The notes beneath the pieces are model-generated. The model was not told the DNA's origin. It made no database searches and worked only from the letters and a program-made list of their open reading frames with translations. Both the position numbers and the translations under genes were made by a program. From Pseudovirgaria hyperparasitica (Eukaryota): a DNA stretch of 64,000 nt. Positions 49,725-64,000 of the stretch are shown here, in pieces. The number at the start of each line of letters is the position of its first letter. Positions within the stretch are counted from its first letter, which is position 1. The DNA is taken from the NCBI GenBank assembly GCA_010093815.1, contig ML996585.1, one strand, 5' to 3'.

Positions 49725-50227
49725 CTTGGGAGATAGCAAAGGTTGGGACCGCGCATAGAAAAGCGAAGGTTTTTCAGTCAGTGATGTCGGCGCGTTGTGT
49801 GCAAAACGCAGCGTTGAAAAAGGACCGAGAAGTTTCGAGGAAGGTGAACCGCGCGTGAAGAGGTGAAGACCACGCTGACGCGCGGAACTACAGCAGAGGG
49901 CGGCGATGATGGCTGCGGAAGAGGGACAGAAGTACCTAGAGGATCGATATGTATAGATGAGCGTCTGCAAACGGAAGACCAAAGGAAATGAAGAGAACGA
50001 ACGACTCGGGAACTTGCGAGGGTGCTCATGCCCACCCTTTAGCTGAAGTCGTGTCTGTGCGCTTCACGTGACTAGCCCATCACCCTCTCTAACCAGCCGA
50101 GCTAGCGCAGTTTTGACCAATTCACAAGAAGCCGCAAAGCTCTCTTCAGCCATCAACCTTCCACTGTCGACGTCGCCGCGACAGCCATCCCATCTCTACT
50201 CTGAACTCAGTCTCTTTCGGCTTCACG

Positions 50228-51388
50228 ATGCTGTCGAGAGCTGCACGGCCCGTTTTCAAGGCTGGCACCGCCGCCGCTGCCGCTCGGTATGGCCTATCGA
50301 CCTCTCCCCGGTCCCAGTTTCCCAACATCAATTGCGTTCAATTGCTAACAGGTCCATCCTCACGAGCAGTCCAGTGGCGATTGGAGCGACCAATGCCGCC
50401 AACTATGCTACCCTCCGCGAGATTGAAGGCCGTCTGAAGTCGATTCGCAACATAGAGAAGATCACCAAGACGATGAAAATTGTTGCTTCTACCAAGCTTA
50501 CCCGCGCGCAAAGAGCCATGAATGAATCCCGTAACTACGGTCAAACCTCGCAGGAAGTCTACGAGCAGGCCGAGACAAAGCCATTAGAGGGCGAGAACAA
50601 AAAGTTAATCATCGTCTGCAGCTCTGACAAAGGTCTTTGTGGAGGTATCCACTCAGGTCTAAGCAGAAAGATTCGTGCTCTTCTGCAGCAAAATGCAAAC
50701 TTTGATCTCGTCATCCTAGGTGAAAAGTGCAAGGCGCAGTTGGTGCGGTCCAGTCCCAAGAGCATTGTTCTCAGCTTCGCTGGGATTGGCAAGGATGTTC
50801 CAACCTTCGCGGACGCTTCAGCCATCGCCGACCAGGTCTCTCTGCTTCCAACCGAGTATTCTTCTGTTCAAGTTCTATACAACAAGTTCATCAATGCAAC
50901 AAGCTATGAGCCGACCTTTATCGACGCTTTCTCGGAGGATGCCATAACACAGTCCCGTAAGCTTTAGCCGTGCCATCCATAAAAGTCACGAATTCCTCTG
51001 ACATCTTCAGCAAACTTCGCTGCATACGAAATTGAGGATGAGACCCTACCCAACCTGCGTGAATATTCACTCGCCAACTCACTATATTGGGTGAGACGAC
51101 TCAGAGTTTACTGAACTATTTAATGAACATACTAATCATTTGATAGGCTCTCGCCGAAGGCCACGCTTGCGAGCAGTCAGCTCGACGCAACGCTATGGAG
51201 GTAAGTATCTCATCTTTTCTCCAGAACCTGGGTCCGTTCGACACTGACATGCCTTCAAGAACGCCTCTAGCAACGCTTCCGATATGATCGGCAAATTCCA
51301 GATCCTGTACAATCGTACCCGCCAAGCCGTCATTACAGGTGAACTGGTTGAGATTATTACAGGTGCAGCAGCATCAGCAGATGCTTAA
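50228..51388 (+). CDS. ATP3: Mitochondrial ATP synthase F1 gamma subunit
   Basis: Presequence [44 protein letters not shown] and [20 protein letters not shown]. Four introns. Confidence 0.96.
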
Positions 51389-52345
51389 TCTCACCCGTCT
51401 GAGGCATTTCCTATGTCAACCGATTTAGAGGTTGGGCCCCTAGCATATGCTTCGCTAGTGTACGTATGTAGAATAGGTTAAACCTGAAGTCTGTTCAAAT
51501 ATTGCTACACTCCGAAAGTGCTAGTGTCTACGGTGGCCAGTGGACATGAAAACTTAGCGTAGCACAGTTGATTATGAAGGCAGGGTAAGCGTTGACCGAT
51601 TGCCGCTTTGATAAATTTACATATTACATAGTACCTAAGTGCTCATTTCACGCAACGTTCCGCACACATTCCAAATTCTATCGACTTCTCTATCTCTATA
51701 GAAGAGCCTCTACATTTTAATCTATATAGACTTTTAGCATGGAACTATATAGTGATTTTGATATGGTTCTAGAGTTCTAGAATCCTTACCAATCTAGCTT
51801 GGAGGCTCTCGAGCCAGAAGAAAGAGACATTGTAAGAATTCTTATCGGTCAACTCTGTTGGAACTTCATTTCCTCTAAGAAGCCCCCTCTAGACCTCAAA
51901 ACTAAATCATAGAATTAGGCTTATATACTTGAATATTTACCATATGTCTTTCTACACGATATATATCGAAGTCTATGATTCACGGCTCTTCAACATATTG
52001 CGCATGCCTAGCGCCGCAGAGTACAGCTATTCTACATAAAATTGCTCTACAGATGTAGAGCAGAAATGAAGACTATCTCAAGAGGTCCTTTCGTTGGTTA
52101 AATGCTTTAATACCTCAGCGCTATGCTCGTAAAATCTTTCGCAACAACAATGTACTCAAGCCATCTCTGTTCGAATCATGCAAAGGCAGAATGAACTTTT
52201 TCTTCAATACTACGCAAATAAATGGATCCTCTGAGTCAATTATCTTGTATATAATGGAGTCACGACCTCCATGATTCCAGGTCGACGAATATCAAGAAGT
52301 CCATCGCCTAATTACCAAAACAATATATATACACCAACCTCTACT

Positions 52346-52966
52346 ATGCACTTTTTACCGACCATTATCGCTACGTTGTTGGCTGCCACCAGCGTAGCCC
52401 CTGTCACTGCACATGAGATCACATCAATTGAGGCAGCTGTCGATGAGATCCACATGCTTCTCAATCATACAAGTCCTCATCCTGGAGAGGTATGGAAGAA
52501 CACTAGAGTTGCATTCCTCGATCACGGCAGTCATATCTGGCTTCAAATTATTCGAGATTTCGACCGCATCGAGTTACCTGAACACTTGGTGAAGGGAAAG
52601 GTCAAATGTGGGGACTATTTTATGAATATAGACGATTACAGATTTCCCATTGCGCAACTATTCGAATGGATACGGGATTCTGGTAGAGGCAGAATCCGAT
52701 TCGACGATTTTCATCAATTCCACGACGGAACTAGGATCAGAGCATATGCCTGTGATTCAGCCTGCGGACAGACAGCACACTTAGAAGATATCATACCCAT
52801 GTTTGCCGAGATCTGGAAAAGGTGTCCGGACAGATTGGGAGTATTTAGCATGGACAAGAAATGGCACGCATCTTACGGTTTAGCCGTTGTTTCGGGCTAT
52901 ACTGTTTGCTTTAAGCTAAAGATATTTGGGGCTACATTGCCCCTTTGCAAACACCATTACAAGTAG
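52346..52966 (+). CDS. Small secreted Cys-containing protein (effector-like)
   Basis: Intronless, signal peptide MHFLPTIIATLLAATSVAPVTA, 206 aa with 6 Cys, and a TATA-like TATATAA near 52248. Confidence 0.7.
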   Translation: MHFLPTIIATLLAATSVAPVTAHEITSIEAAVDEIHMLLNHTSPHPGEVWKNTRVAFLDHGSHIWLQIIRDFDRIELPEHLVKGKVKCGDYFMNIDDYRFPIAQLFEWIRDSGRGRIRFDDFHQFHDGTRIRAYACDSACGQTAHLEDIIPMFAEIWKRCPDRLGVFSMDKKWHASYGLAVVSGYTVCFKLKIFGATLPLCKHHYK

Positions 52967-54075
52967 GTTCAAGAAAACCTACGAGTCTTGGAAAAGAAGT
53001 TATTCGAGAGTGAGCTCGCGCAAGAATGTAATGCTGGTATGGTTTGAGAAGTCACACTCTCTCTCTTGCTTTTCCTAGATTAGAGTGTTTTGATACGATA
53101 TACATGTATGTAATCGACTACCTTACTTCACTCTATACGTTTCCCATGTACTATAATATATAGACTTTTTGTAGAGATGGATAAAGAAATTTTATAGTCC
53201 TTCGGAAAGACGGAGGTGGAAGCGCACGCTGCAAGTGCTGAATGGTTTTGCTCTTTCTGCTCGTAACTGATGGTGAGAGACAGGATAGGCAGGCTAACCG
53301 AAACACCAAAGCTGAGCCCAACATGCAGGTACAGCCGATATGAAACATTACAGGGAAAATCCCGCCATATGCGACCCAGTGAGACTGCAGTTATGCTACC
53401 GAGCATGGATTAACGAGTATTTGTTTGTGCGCAAGAATCCCAAATGAGCGTGGGAGAGCGTTTAACCCTTGGCTAACTCCCGCTTTCATCCATTCATTCA
53501 ATGCCGCATCCATCTCTCTCCCCATCGAATCCTCGCGTCCTCACCCTCGCCCCATCTAGAAAGATGCATGGGATGAGCAAGCTGATGGGATGCACGCGAA
53601 GGTGAGAAGTCGAGTGCAGATGATCCCGGTTTCCCAAGAAATGTTATAACAATGTAGGCCATGCCATACGTATGCAGGCAGTGCGGCACAGGTAGGCAAG
53701 TGAATTACTCAGTAATGTTCACCATTCTGTTCCCTCAGTTCCCTCAGTTCCTTCATCTGCGATAATCCAGAGTGGAAAGACACGATATCTGATCGGGCCA
53801 GTTCAGCTTCGCCTGTTTCTCTCTCAGTCCACTCTCTTATTCCTCTTTTTGGTCGCCCAGGCGTCTAGCTGTCGTTGTACTGTGGCTCGTCTCCGCTCGC
53901 GGTCCCAGTGCAAACCTGGCTTTCCTTGCGCGTCTCTTTTTTTCTAGCCCTTGCATACATTCGCGTTGCCTTGTCTTCCTCCATTGGGCTCTAAACGTCC
54001 GAATTCGTCCATTCCTTGCACGTCATTCGATCTTCGCCTGGCTCTGGGCGCCTTTCTGCACATATAGAGATCACC

Positions 54076-55486
54076 ATGAGCCCTACTTTCAGTCTCCAAA
54101 GACCTGACTTGGGCACGTTGACGAGCGAGGACGATAAAATCACTACCGCGCTGTCCACAATGAATGCACGTCTGCCCGAGATCAAGAGCCTCTTCTTGAC
54201 GCGACGCTTCAAGAATTGTGCTGCTGCATGCGAAACGCTCCTCCAGGACACCACTTGGCACAAAGATACCAACAACGTGAGCACCAACAGCATGTGCTAA
54301 CACCTACAGATCAAAGACTGACACGTCGTAGACCGTTTCTCAGATATACGAATGCTACCTGAACTTCTATGCGGGCCTTTCTTACGATGCTCTCGCTCGA
54401 AACATGGCTCACGCTGCTCCATCCCGTGTTGCTGTGCTCCGTCAGGCTGAGATCAAGTACCTTGCTGCTGAAGCCAATCTTCCGCAGCCCGCCAGCACTC
54501 CCCTATCTCATTACGAATCTGACGAGGGCCTCACGGCTGACGATGATGATGTCTCACCCGAAAGCTCTGTTTCACACTCAACGCGCAATTCCATTAACTC
54601 GTACACTTCTCACTATTCCGCCTACAGCCTTAATTATCTCCTCCATTCTGAGACTATGAGCACTTTAATGCGCTCAGACACCATGAATACCTTCGATCCA
54701 ACCAGCCGCATCATCGATCACTATTACTCATCCGACCGTGTACCCAAGCCGTCGCCGCTACATATCCGCAAAGATAGACCTGCCGTCCGCTTGAGCGCCG
54801 TCTCCTTCCATTTTCCCGTCACTCCTACTTCGTCTCTGGGCAACGACCCCTTCTCCGATATCCTCACCCCGCTCTCAGCAGCCCTCGACCACCCGGACGA
54901 CTTCGCAGAGACCGCTTCAACATTCAGCCCGTCCGAGCCAGACTGCGAATACCCGGACGAGCAAAACTCGCACGACCGCAGCGGCGCAGACTCACCAACC
55001 CTGCCCCCTTCGCCCATGCTAGCAGTCACGAGACCGCAGCACACCACCTCTATCCCACAGTTCCCAGCACCTCCGTCACCACCACCATCTCCACTCACAC
55101 CCTCCGCAAACCACCCCTCGCGCTCAGCCAGCTCCTCTCGTGGCCTCAACTCGCCGCTTCCTAGCCCTCGCACATCCAACCCTCGCCTCTCCGTCAACTC
55201 CGCCCTATTCGCACATGTCCTCGCGTACAACCAGACCCTTCGCTCCTTCAGCACAATGCTATACGCGCACATTGCCGCTGTGCGTGACATGCAAAAGGAG
55301 GCGCCAGTGGCTGCGGTCCGCATCGCCAAGACTAAAGGAAGCAGCGTGAACCAGTGGCGCGAGCAGGAGAGCCATGTCGTGCGGGAGGCGAAAAGGACGG
55401 AGTTGGTACAGAGGGCCTTGGCGAGGGAGAGGTTTCGGCCCGAGCGCTATATGGAGCTGTGCCAGAAGGCATTGAGTGAGATTTAG
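54076..55486 (+). CDS. Fungal hypothetical protein with helical ends and a Ser/Pro-rich middle
   Basis: Intron 54277-54331 joins exon 1 in frame to the 360 aa ORF. C-terminus RERFRPERYMELCQKALSEI. Confidence 0.75.
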
Positions 55487-55963
55487 TGTGTGATTATTGG
55501 ATTTTGCGGGGCTAATGTGTAGGATGTTTGCAATCTGGTTGGAGACCTGATGTACTTTGGTCGATAGTGCTGTGGTGATGGTCCGCCTGGTCTGTTTGTC
55601 TATGATTGTTTCTGAGTACGGGGAGGACGAATTTGGGAGACGAGATCCTCGCGGCGTACAAGGAAGGCTCGGGCGTGTCGATATCTTACCTTGTTGCTAT
55701 AAGCTGCTTTGTTATGAGATTATGCCTAGATACCGAAAAGTTTGACTTACGATGGAGTTCAGAGGTGTACAGAGGTGTTTAAAGCACACGTCCGTGACGA
55801 GTCAAGTCACTCTCCGTCCTGTAATATATTCTACGCGTCCTTTGATATCACTACTACAATGAATCTAAACTTTTTCTAACCATATGTCAGGCCAATGCGC
55901 CGCCAATCCTTAACACCAGCGCTATGCAACCTGAAAAATGGACAACATCACCCTATGTACGCC

Positions 55964-57248
55964 TCAGCTCTGTGTCAGCAGGTCCAGATCCCTCTTTACC
56001 CGCAGGCACTTCGCTTTCAATAGCTTCACACTTTCCAAGAAGAGCTCGTCGCTGTCCCACTGCCCCGTGCTTTCGACCTGGAAGATAAAGTGATCCCGCA
56101 CACGCCCAAGCTTGACCTTGTCTTTAAACTCCTCGTGTCGTAAGCACTCCCTGCTCACAGTGTCCTTCATGGCATTTACCACAACCGCCTTCGGCTCGCC
56201 CTCATGGCCAGCATATGGATTCTTCTCATCTGGTTCCACGTCACGCACCGTTCTTCGCCACACTGCGTCGGGCATGCTTGCCTCCTCGTGCGTGACTGCC
56301 TCGAAGCCAATTACACCTTTCGGGAAACAGCGCGCGAATTTCTTCGCGTGGTCTTTCCCTATGATTGGACGCTGGATGTCAATGTGCGGAAGTAGTCTGT
56401 ATGATGCAGGACAGACGGGCGAGTATTTGGCGTGATCCGCGCCAATACCCTTTTCGGCATGCATACTTAACACAATCTTCTGGCCGGGCCGCAGTTTTGC
56501 GATCAGAATGTCTGGATTGACCGGTCTTATAGTTGTCTCTGGCGTTCCAAACCAGCGATTGTGTTGGCCCATGGGATGGAATACGATTTGGTTTGCAAGC
56601 ACGTTATGCCCCACATATAGCTTATCCGGATCTGTCTCGCCTTGCGCGGAAAGAGCAGGCCCGTCTTTGCTCCATTTGCATTCTGCCTCGAGTACGAGAA
56701 CGATGGTGTTGAAGTCATTGGGTTCTTCGGGGATATTATTTTCGTCGCGCTTGCGCCAGCGCAGCCAATTTAGGCCTTCTTTGCCACCTGTGAGGGGGAC
56801 TAAGCCGAGGCGGTGGGCGAGGACCTCGTCTTGGATGATCGAGGTGTTGTTGTTGAAGAAGACGCTTTCAATGGCGAGGACTGGAATTTCGGCGATTAGG
56901 ATGCGGCGAAAGGCATTTGCAACGGCGGCGTCAAGGCCAATGAGGGAGAACTGCGCATTATGAGGTTCGTTCATGTGGAATTGAACACGGAATTTCTGAG
57001 TTTCGTGAGCTTGACGAGAGTAGGTTGATATGAGGTCGAACTCACGTCGCGAAATTTGTCTACATCCCATGAGTTATCCTCGCCAGGCCAGTGGCCAGGA
57101 AAGTCTGTGGATGTGATATTCGAGACTGTTTCTGTGCCGATGCCAATGATCTGAGAATTGTGAGCAGTCTTAGGGTAGGTAGGAACGGATGTAGGCTCAC
57201 CCTTCTCTTTTGGATCGCTTCTTCCGAAGGCACTACAGCTGGACTCAT
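55964..57248 (-). CDS. RPC40: RNA polymerase I/III shared subunit AC40
   Basis: ANAFRRILIAEIP, NNTSIIQDEVLAHRLGLVP, GIGADHAKYSPV and DTVSRECLRH. Two 5' introns at about 57152-57200 and 56996-57046. Confidence 0.95.
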
Positions 57249-57525
57249 CGTATTTATCGTTGCGCAATAAGATGTAACGTGCTGCCAGGGTCTGTCGCAT
57301 ACTCAATTCCCGATAATTAGCTTTCAACTTTTTTGAAAGCATATGTCTTGGCAAAGACTAGCTTCAATCCAGCGATGGTTGACTAAGCCTCGAATCTGCC
57401 CGTCATTGAATGCCACCAATGCTGGAGCTCTCATTTGTAACATCACGAAACCTTGTACTTCGCCTCTCCACTCCTAACGACGCCTCTGAACGGGATCAGG
57501 GCAATTGAACGAGCTCAATTGCACA

Positions 57526-59043
57526 ATGCCCGTCAATCTCGCTCGCGCTGCCGGTCATGCAGCGAAGCGGGTGTGCCTGACCCCCCGCGTCTCTCGCACC
57601 GTACCCTCCCGTCCTGTTATACGATGCCTCTCGTCCACAACGCAGAATCGATACGCTGAGCCATATGAAGGAACAAGACTCATCCCTACTGATGAGAGAT
57701 TCTCCCAGCAAACACATGGACCCGAGGCCACACATCCCAACAAGATCACCGATGACGCTGAGAACCCTGAAGAGCGAAAAGTAAGACACTACACCGTCAA
57801 CTTCGGGCCACAGCATCCAGCGGCGCATGGTGTGCTGCGATTGATCCTAGAACTGGATGGAGAAATCATCAAGCGAGCTGATCCGCACGTCGGGCTGCTG
57901 CATCGAGGAACAGAGAAGCTCATCGAATACCGAACATATCTTCAAGCACTGCCATATTTTGACCGTTTCGATTATGTCTCCATGATGACAAACGAGCAAT
58001 GCTTTTCCTTGGGAGTGGAGAAGCTCCTGAACATTGAGATTCCAGAAAGAGCGAAATGGATAAGGACAATGTTCGGAGAGATCACACGTATACTGAACCA
58101 CCTTATGTCGATCCTGTCTCACGCCATGGACGTGGGTGCTCTGACACCATTCTTGTGGGGATTTGAAGAGCGTGAAAAGCTGATGGTCAGTATATTACAG
58201 TCGCTCTCAATGGGTTGCGCTAATCGTTGAATAGGAATTCTACGAACGTGTTTCTGGTGCACGTTTGCACTCAGCCTATGTGCGGCCAGGCGGAGTTTCT
58301 CAAGATCTTCCTCTTGGGCTGCTCGATGATATCTATCAATGGGCCACACAGTTTGGTGATCGCATTGATGAGACTGAGGAGCTGCTCACAGACAATCGTA
58401 TCTGGATAGGCCGGACAAAGGGTATTGGTAGAGTCTCTGCAGCTGAGGCTCTTAACTATTCATTCTCCGGTGTCATGCTTCGTGGCTCGGGTGTTCCTTG
58501 GGACATTAGGAAATCACAACCATACGACGCATACGGCGAAGTCGAGTTTGACGTTCCAGTCGGCGTCAATGGAGACTGCTATGACCGTTACTTATGCCGG
58601 ATGGAGGAGTTCCGCCAATCGCTCCGGATCATTCACCAATGTCTGAATAAGATGCCCGCTGGTCCCATCAAAGTCGAAGATTATAAGATCGCTCCTCCTC
58701 CTCGCGCTGCGATGAAGGAGAACATGGAAGCTCTCATTCATCACTTCTTGCTCTACAGCAAAGGTTATGCCGTACCGCCTGGCGAGACCTACAGTGCTAT
58801 TGAGGCTCCAAAAGGCGAGATGGGTGTCTTCATCGTCAGTGATGGTAGTGAGAGACCATACAGAGTCAAGGTCCGAGCACCTGGTTTCGCACATTTAGCC
58901 TGCTTTGATCAAATTTCGAGAGGTCATCTGTTGGCTGATGCTGTCGCTATTATCGGTACTATGGATCTGGTGTTTGTAAGTGACCTGGACCATCTGGTCT
59001 GTATTCAATGCTAATAACTGTACAGGGTGAGGTTGATAGGTAG
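57526..59043 (+). CDS. NDUFS2: NADH:ubiquinone oxidoreductase 49 kDa subunit
   Basis: [25 protein letters not shown] and EAPKGE. Ends DLVF|GEVDR*. Introns about 58186-58234 and 58976-59025. Confidence 0.97.
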
Positions 59044-59311
59044 AGCTTGTATATTGAAAGATGCAGTAGACACGTGGAGATCATACTTTATAGGACAAAA
59101 CTTGCAACGACCGACCACGTCACGACGCAAGCCTGTACATATACTTCGTTTGTGCGAGCAATGTTATGCGTAAAACTACAGATATCCTCCAAGGCTCCTT
59201 ATTACTCACATGCGCCTGCCTTCACTATATCACAGTTCCGAGAGCCCCATACATTCAGCAATCAATAGCACCCCGTTCGCCTCCATGGATGAAAGGCAGT
59301 CGAGAAAGGCG

Positions 59312-59681
59312 TCAGCGACCTGTGAACGGCTTCGAGATATCATCCGCAGCCTCGCCAGCTGTATCGCCAAGTGGGTTTTGCGCGCTTCCACCAGCAATAT
59401 TGCCAAGACTAGACTTCAAATTTTTGATGTCTTGCTGGTCAGCATCTGGGACCTTGCTGATCTGGTCTAACATTCATTCACATTAGACTCGAGTTGAGAA
59501 GTCCACACAATATATACTAACCTTTCATCATGTACGACATCTTGTTTTCGCCCATCGTTTTCAGGGCCCCTTGTTCCATCTTCCTTTTCAGCTCCGGAGG
59601 AATACCATAAAAGTAAACGAACAGGGAGAGCAGTGCAACTATGCCTGCGAAGCTTGTGAGGATTGCTGATGTGGACGGCAT
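59312..59681 (-). CDS. Small (104 aa) membrane-anchored hypothetical protein, absent from the ORF track
   Basis: Intron 59467-59521 (GTTAGT...TCTAAT...TAG) gives MPSTSAILTSFAGIVALLSLFVYFYGIPPELKRKMEQGALKTMGENKMSYMMK|DQISKVPD...KPFTGR*. Confidence 0.75.
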
Positions 59682-61008
59682 CGTCGAAGGTTCGTTCGTA
59701 GGAAAGGGTTCTTAAGCTGCTCTCGCTTGTAGTGTGATGTAAAAGTGCAGCAAGTAGCAGAACCAAAGAAGCTGTAGAAGGAATATCAGAGTCTATTTAT
59801 CTCTCCAGATAAGCTAGACAAGCAAGTTTCTCGTTTGCAGCATGTTCTCTGTCATGGTGACATATGACGTGCAGTGGGCTTGTACGTTTGATTGCCTGTT
59901 TGCATCCTTGTTTTGCGCGGGAGGCCCTCGGAGACGCGGGGCGATGCTCTCGACTGATTCGTTCGACGGGATATATTAATTGCAGACTGGCTACTTGTTT
60001 GTTATATGCAATTGGTACCTCCAACGACTCGGCGGGCTCCTTAGCATTGGAGTATGCCAAGGACGCTTCTTCTCAGGACCTAGGACCAGATATATACCAA
60101 AGCCCGAGCTTACTAGAGATGGCTAGTGATAATACTCATGGTGTGACGGGAGTAGGAGCTTCTCCGAATAATAATCAACAGAATGCGTTATGTCGCTTTT
60201 TTTTGGACGGGAGCAGAATGCCCAGTTTGCCATTGCAGGCGAACTCAGCTGAGCATACAGAACGGCTCCGACAATTATCTTCTAGTAAAGAGAGAGATTC
60301 CATATGTTATCTGGTTGATCAGATACGCGTAGCGCGTCGGTCTTCAGAGACAGTAGCTGTTAAGCTAACAGCTACAATACACCTATTCACTTCATGTCTT
60401 GCTTATTCCTATAAGTATCCGCGATATTCTTATCACTTCGAAAGGCTGCTCCTTACTTCTGGGGATCCTTCTCAGTTCCCTCTAATTACTGCGGGGTCAC
60501 GGAGTGTTACATAGATGGTACCCCGTCACGCGCCACCTTATCTTGTTGAATTCTGGCATTTTGGAACTTCCTCCTCCACGATAGCACTGCCACATCTTGT
60601 AGGAATTCAGCAACACAGGTACCCTCTAGGCGATACGGGATTGGGTCGTATGAGGGAGCTCAGCCACGGCAGTCAGCCTGGTACATGGTGGCAGCTGCGA
60701 CCCCACCCCCACCGGCCCTTCCTTTGCGGCGGAGACAACAGCAGCTTTCATCTTGAGACACATTGAGGTATCAGTAACCAAAATTTTTAACCTGAAGTCC
60801 TTACTTATCTCCTTTTTGACTTTCCTCTACCTTATACTGCTTCCTACCTTATAACTCAGAATCCCTATTTGCGAGACACAATCCATTACGGGCGGTCGTC
60901 CGCATTGAGGACCCCTCTTTCAGCTTACTCCTTCGCGCGCCAGCTGGCAGCCTGATCGACCCTTGAAAGATATTGACAGTAGAATCTGACAAGCCTGATC
61001 AGGAAAAC

Positions 61009-62499
<1,491 letters not shown>

Positions 62500-63118
62500 G
62501 GTACGATTATATTTTGGGGGATCCTAAGACATCGTTTGCTTGGGCCGCCGACCAATCATGGCCTTGACTCATACCGGTAGCAACATAGCACATGCCCGTA
62601 CGTCCATGAAAGCGATACCCTTCATGAGATAGTCGCAGGCGGGATATGTGTGTTCAATAACCTGCTTGTATATCTTGCAGTACTCTTTTCATGAAAGTCA
62701 TTTTTGCAGCGAACCTATCCAGGATGACTGGCCAATTCCGGCGAGCATTCCATTGTTGTTGATCCTGCGGGAATGTTGTGGTGGTTGTGGCTTGTAGACA
62801 GAGGCGCTTGGAGCAGGTAGTACCTTTTTATCTAAACGACGACAACATCATGCCACGATACGCTTTACAATAGCTTTGTGAATAGCTACGCAGGGTATCT
62901 TAGGTGGCTTGTGAAGGAGCACATAAATATAAGTCAATCACGTGATACCGTCACGGACCTTCCAATAACCCGCCCAACTCGAACCGGCAGGGATCGCAAA
63001 CGCGCAATTGAAGAAAGCTCAATAACAACGTCGCGCCAACGTATCAACCCGCATTTCAAACCACGATTAGCAGTACTAGGACTCAGTGCATTACGCTGCA
63101 ATCCCAATTCCATTCAAG

Positions 63119-64000
63119 ATGGAGCGCGAAGGCAAGCGGAAGGGTGCGCCGGGCGCATCGCCAGACAACGCAGGGCGCTCAGCCAAAAGACAGAAACTAC
63201 CTGTAAGTCGATTCTCTTTGAGCAACGTGCGCATGCGTAAGCTTGCGGTAGCTGCATCATGATGGAAAGGACGCGAGGAGTGCGGGCTGCGAGATCTTAA
63301 GCCGCAAGGCGATCGCGACGCTTGGGGTTTGTCCAGAAACGACCTTGCGGACCTACCCACCTCTCCTCCGCGTTAAGACCTCAAAATATTCGCACGGGTT
63401 TGATGCAGAGCGATCAACTCAAATTTCTCTTGGGAAGAAACCCACGAGCCATGGTAGCCACTGCTAACATATCGCTAATTGCATCAGGAACCCGTACAAG
63501 GCGCAGAGACACCAGAGACCACGACGGAGATGGGACAGTTGTTCCTCAATTCGATCACTTCGGCTAAAGATAAGACGTAAGCACATTGCAAAAGATCCAT
63601 TTGTTTCTCTCTAGATTCCAGCTTTGGAAGTGCTCAGGTTTCAATGTGCTAACATCACTACAGTGGTCGACCTATCGCAAATGCATTCCTCACTCTTCCT
63701 AACGCCGTACTGTGTTCCCCAGACAAGAAATAAATGAATATTTGAACTGATGAGCTTCACAGAAGGATGTACCTGGATATTATGAAGAGGTCAAATTACC
63801 TATGGCGCTTGATACTATACAGGTACGCATGTGAATAGGGAACATACAACCAATCTTGATAGACCATGAATGCTCAGCAAAATCTAAAGAGATGGAAGAG
63901 CGAAATGAGTTCGACAGAGATGCTGACATTTGTCATCAGGAAAAACTGAGCAACAAACAATATCCGACGCTGGCAGCATTAGAAAGCGACTTTAAGCGCT
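63119..64000 (+). CDS. Bromodomain protein (polybromo/RSC-like), 5' part, runs off the window
   Basis: Exons 63119-63202, 63488-63576, 63664-63706, 63763-63822 and 63940 onward splice to GRPIANAFLTLPNA-KDVPGYYEEVKLPMALDTIQ-EKLSNKQYPTLAALESDFKR. Confidence 0.85.

Noticed and set aside
52083..52190. tRNA-like words TTGGTTAA and GTTCGAATC
   Set aside because: The T-stem and D-stem do not pair and no cloverleaf forms.
63389..63400. 12-mer TTCGCACGGGTT shared with unit B, and GGAACTATAT near 51741
   Set aside because: Isolated 10-12 nt matches are expected by chance across 64 kb, and there is no accompanying promoter motif.

Overview
Gene-dense ascomycete (filamentous fungal) chromosomal DNA with short GT-AG introns and CTRAY branch sites. 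About 23 protein genes can be modelled. Recognisable ones are EMC6, an RlpA/expansin-like secreted protein, DUF726, USB1, Pal1, RRN3, MPH1/FANCM, SNT2, an NAD-dependent epimerase, TOP1, ATP3, RPC40, the complex I 49 kDa subunit, CaMK and a truncated bromodomain gene. Several are missed or fragmented by the ORF track. The middle of the window (about 12-42 kb) is rich in microsatellites and has one assembly gap. The most unusual signal is a gene-free interval at about 13.2-14.7 kb containing three apparent small transcription units. Each has CAACCCGRCRC-type motif(s), a TATA box, a C-rich leader and a structured body with no convincing coding function, and they share a GGAA(A)CTATA core. I could not match them to known snRNAs. 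Other items of note are a rare GAG 3' splice site in USB1, a highly base-paired long intron in the bromodomain gene, a degenerate APH-like pseudokinase and an effector-like gene in a TpA-rich island. Family assignments come from motif recognition by eye, not database searches.
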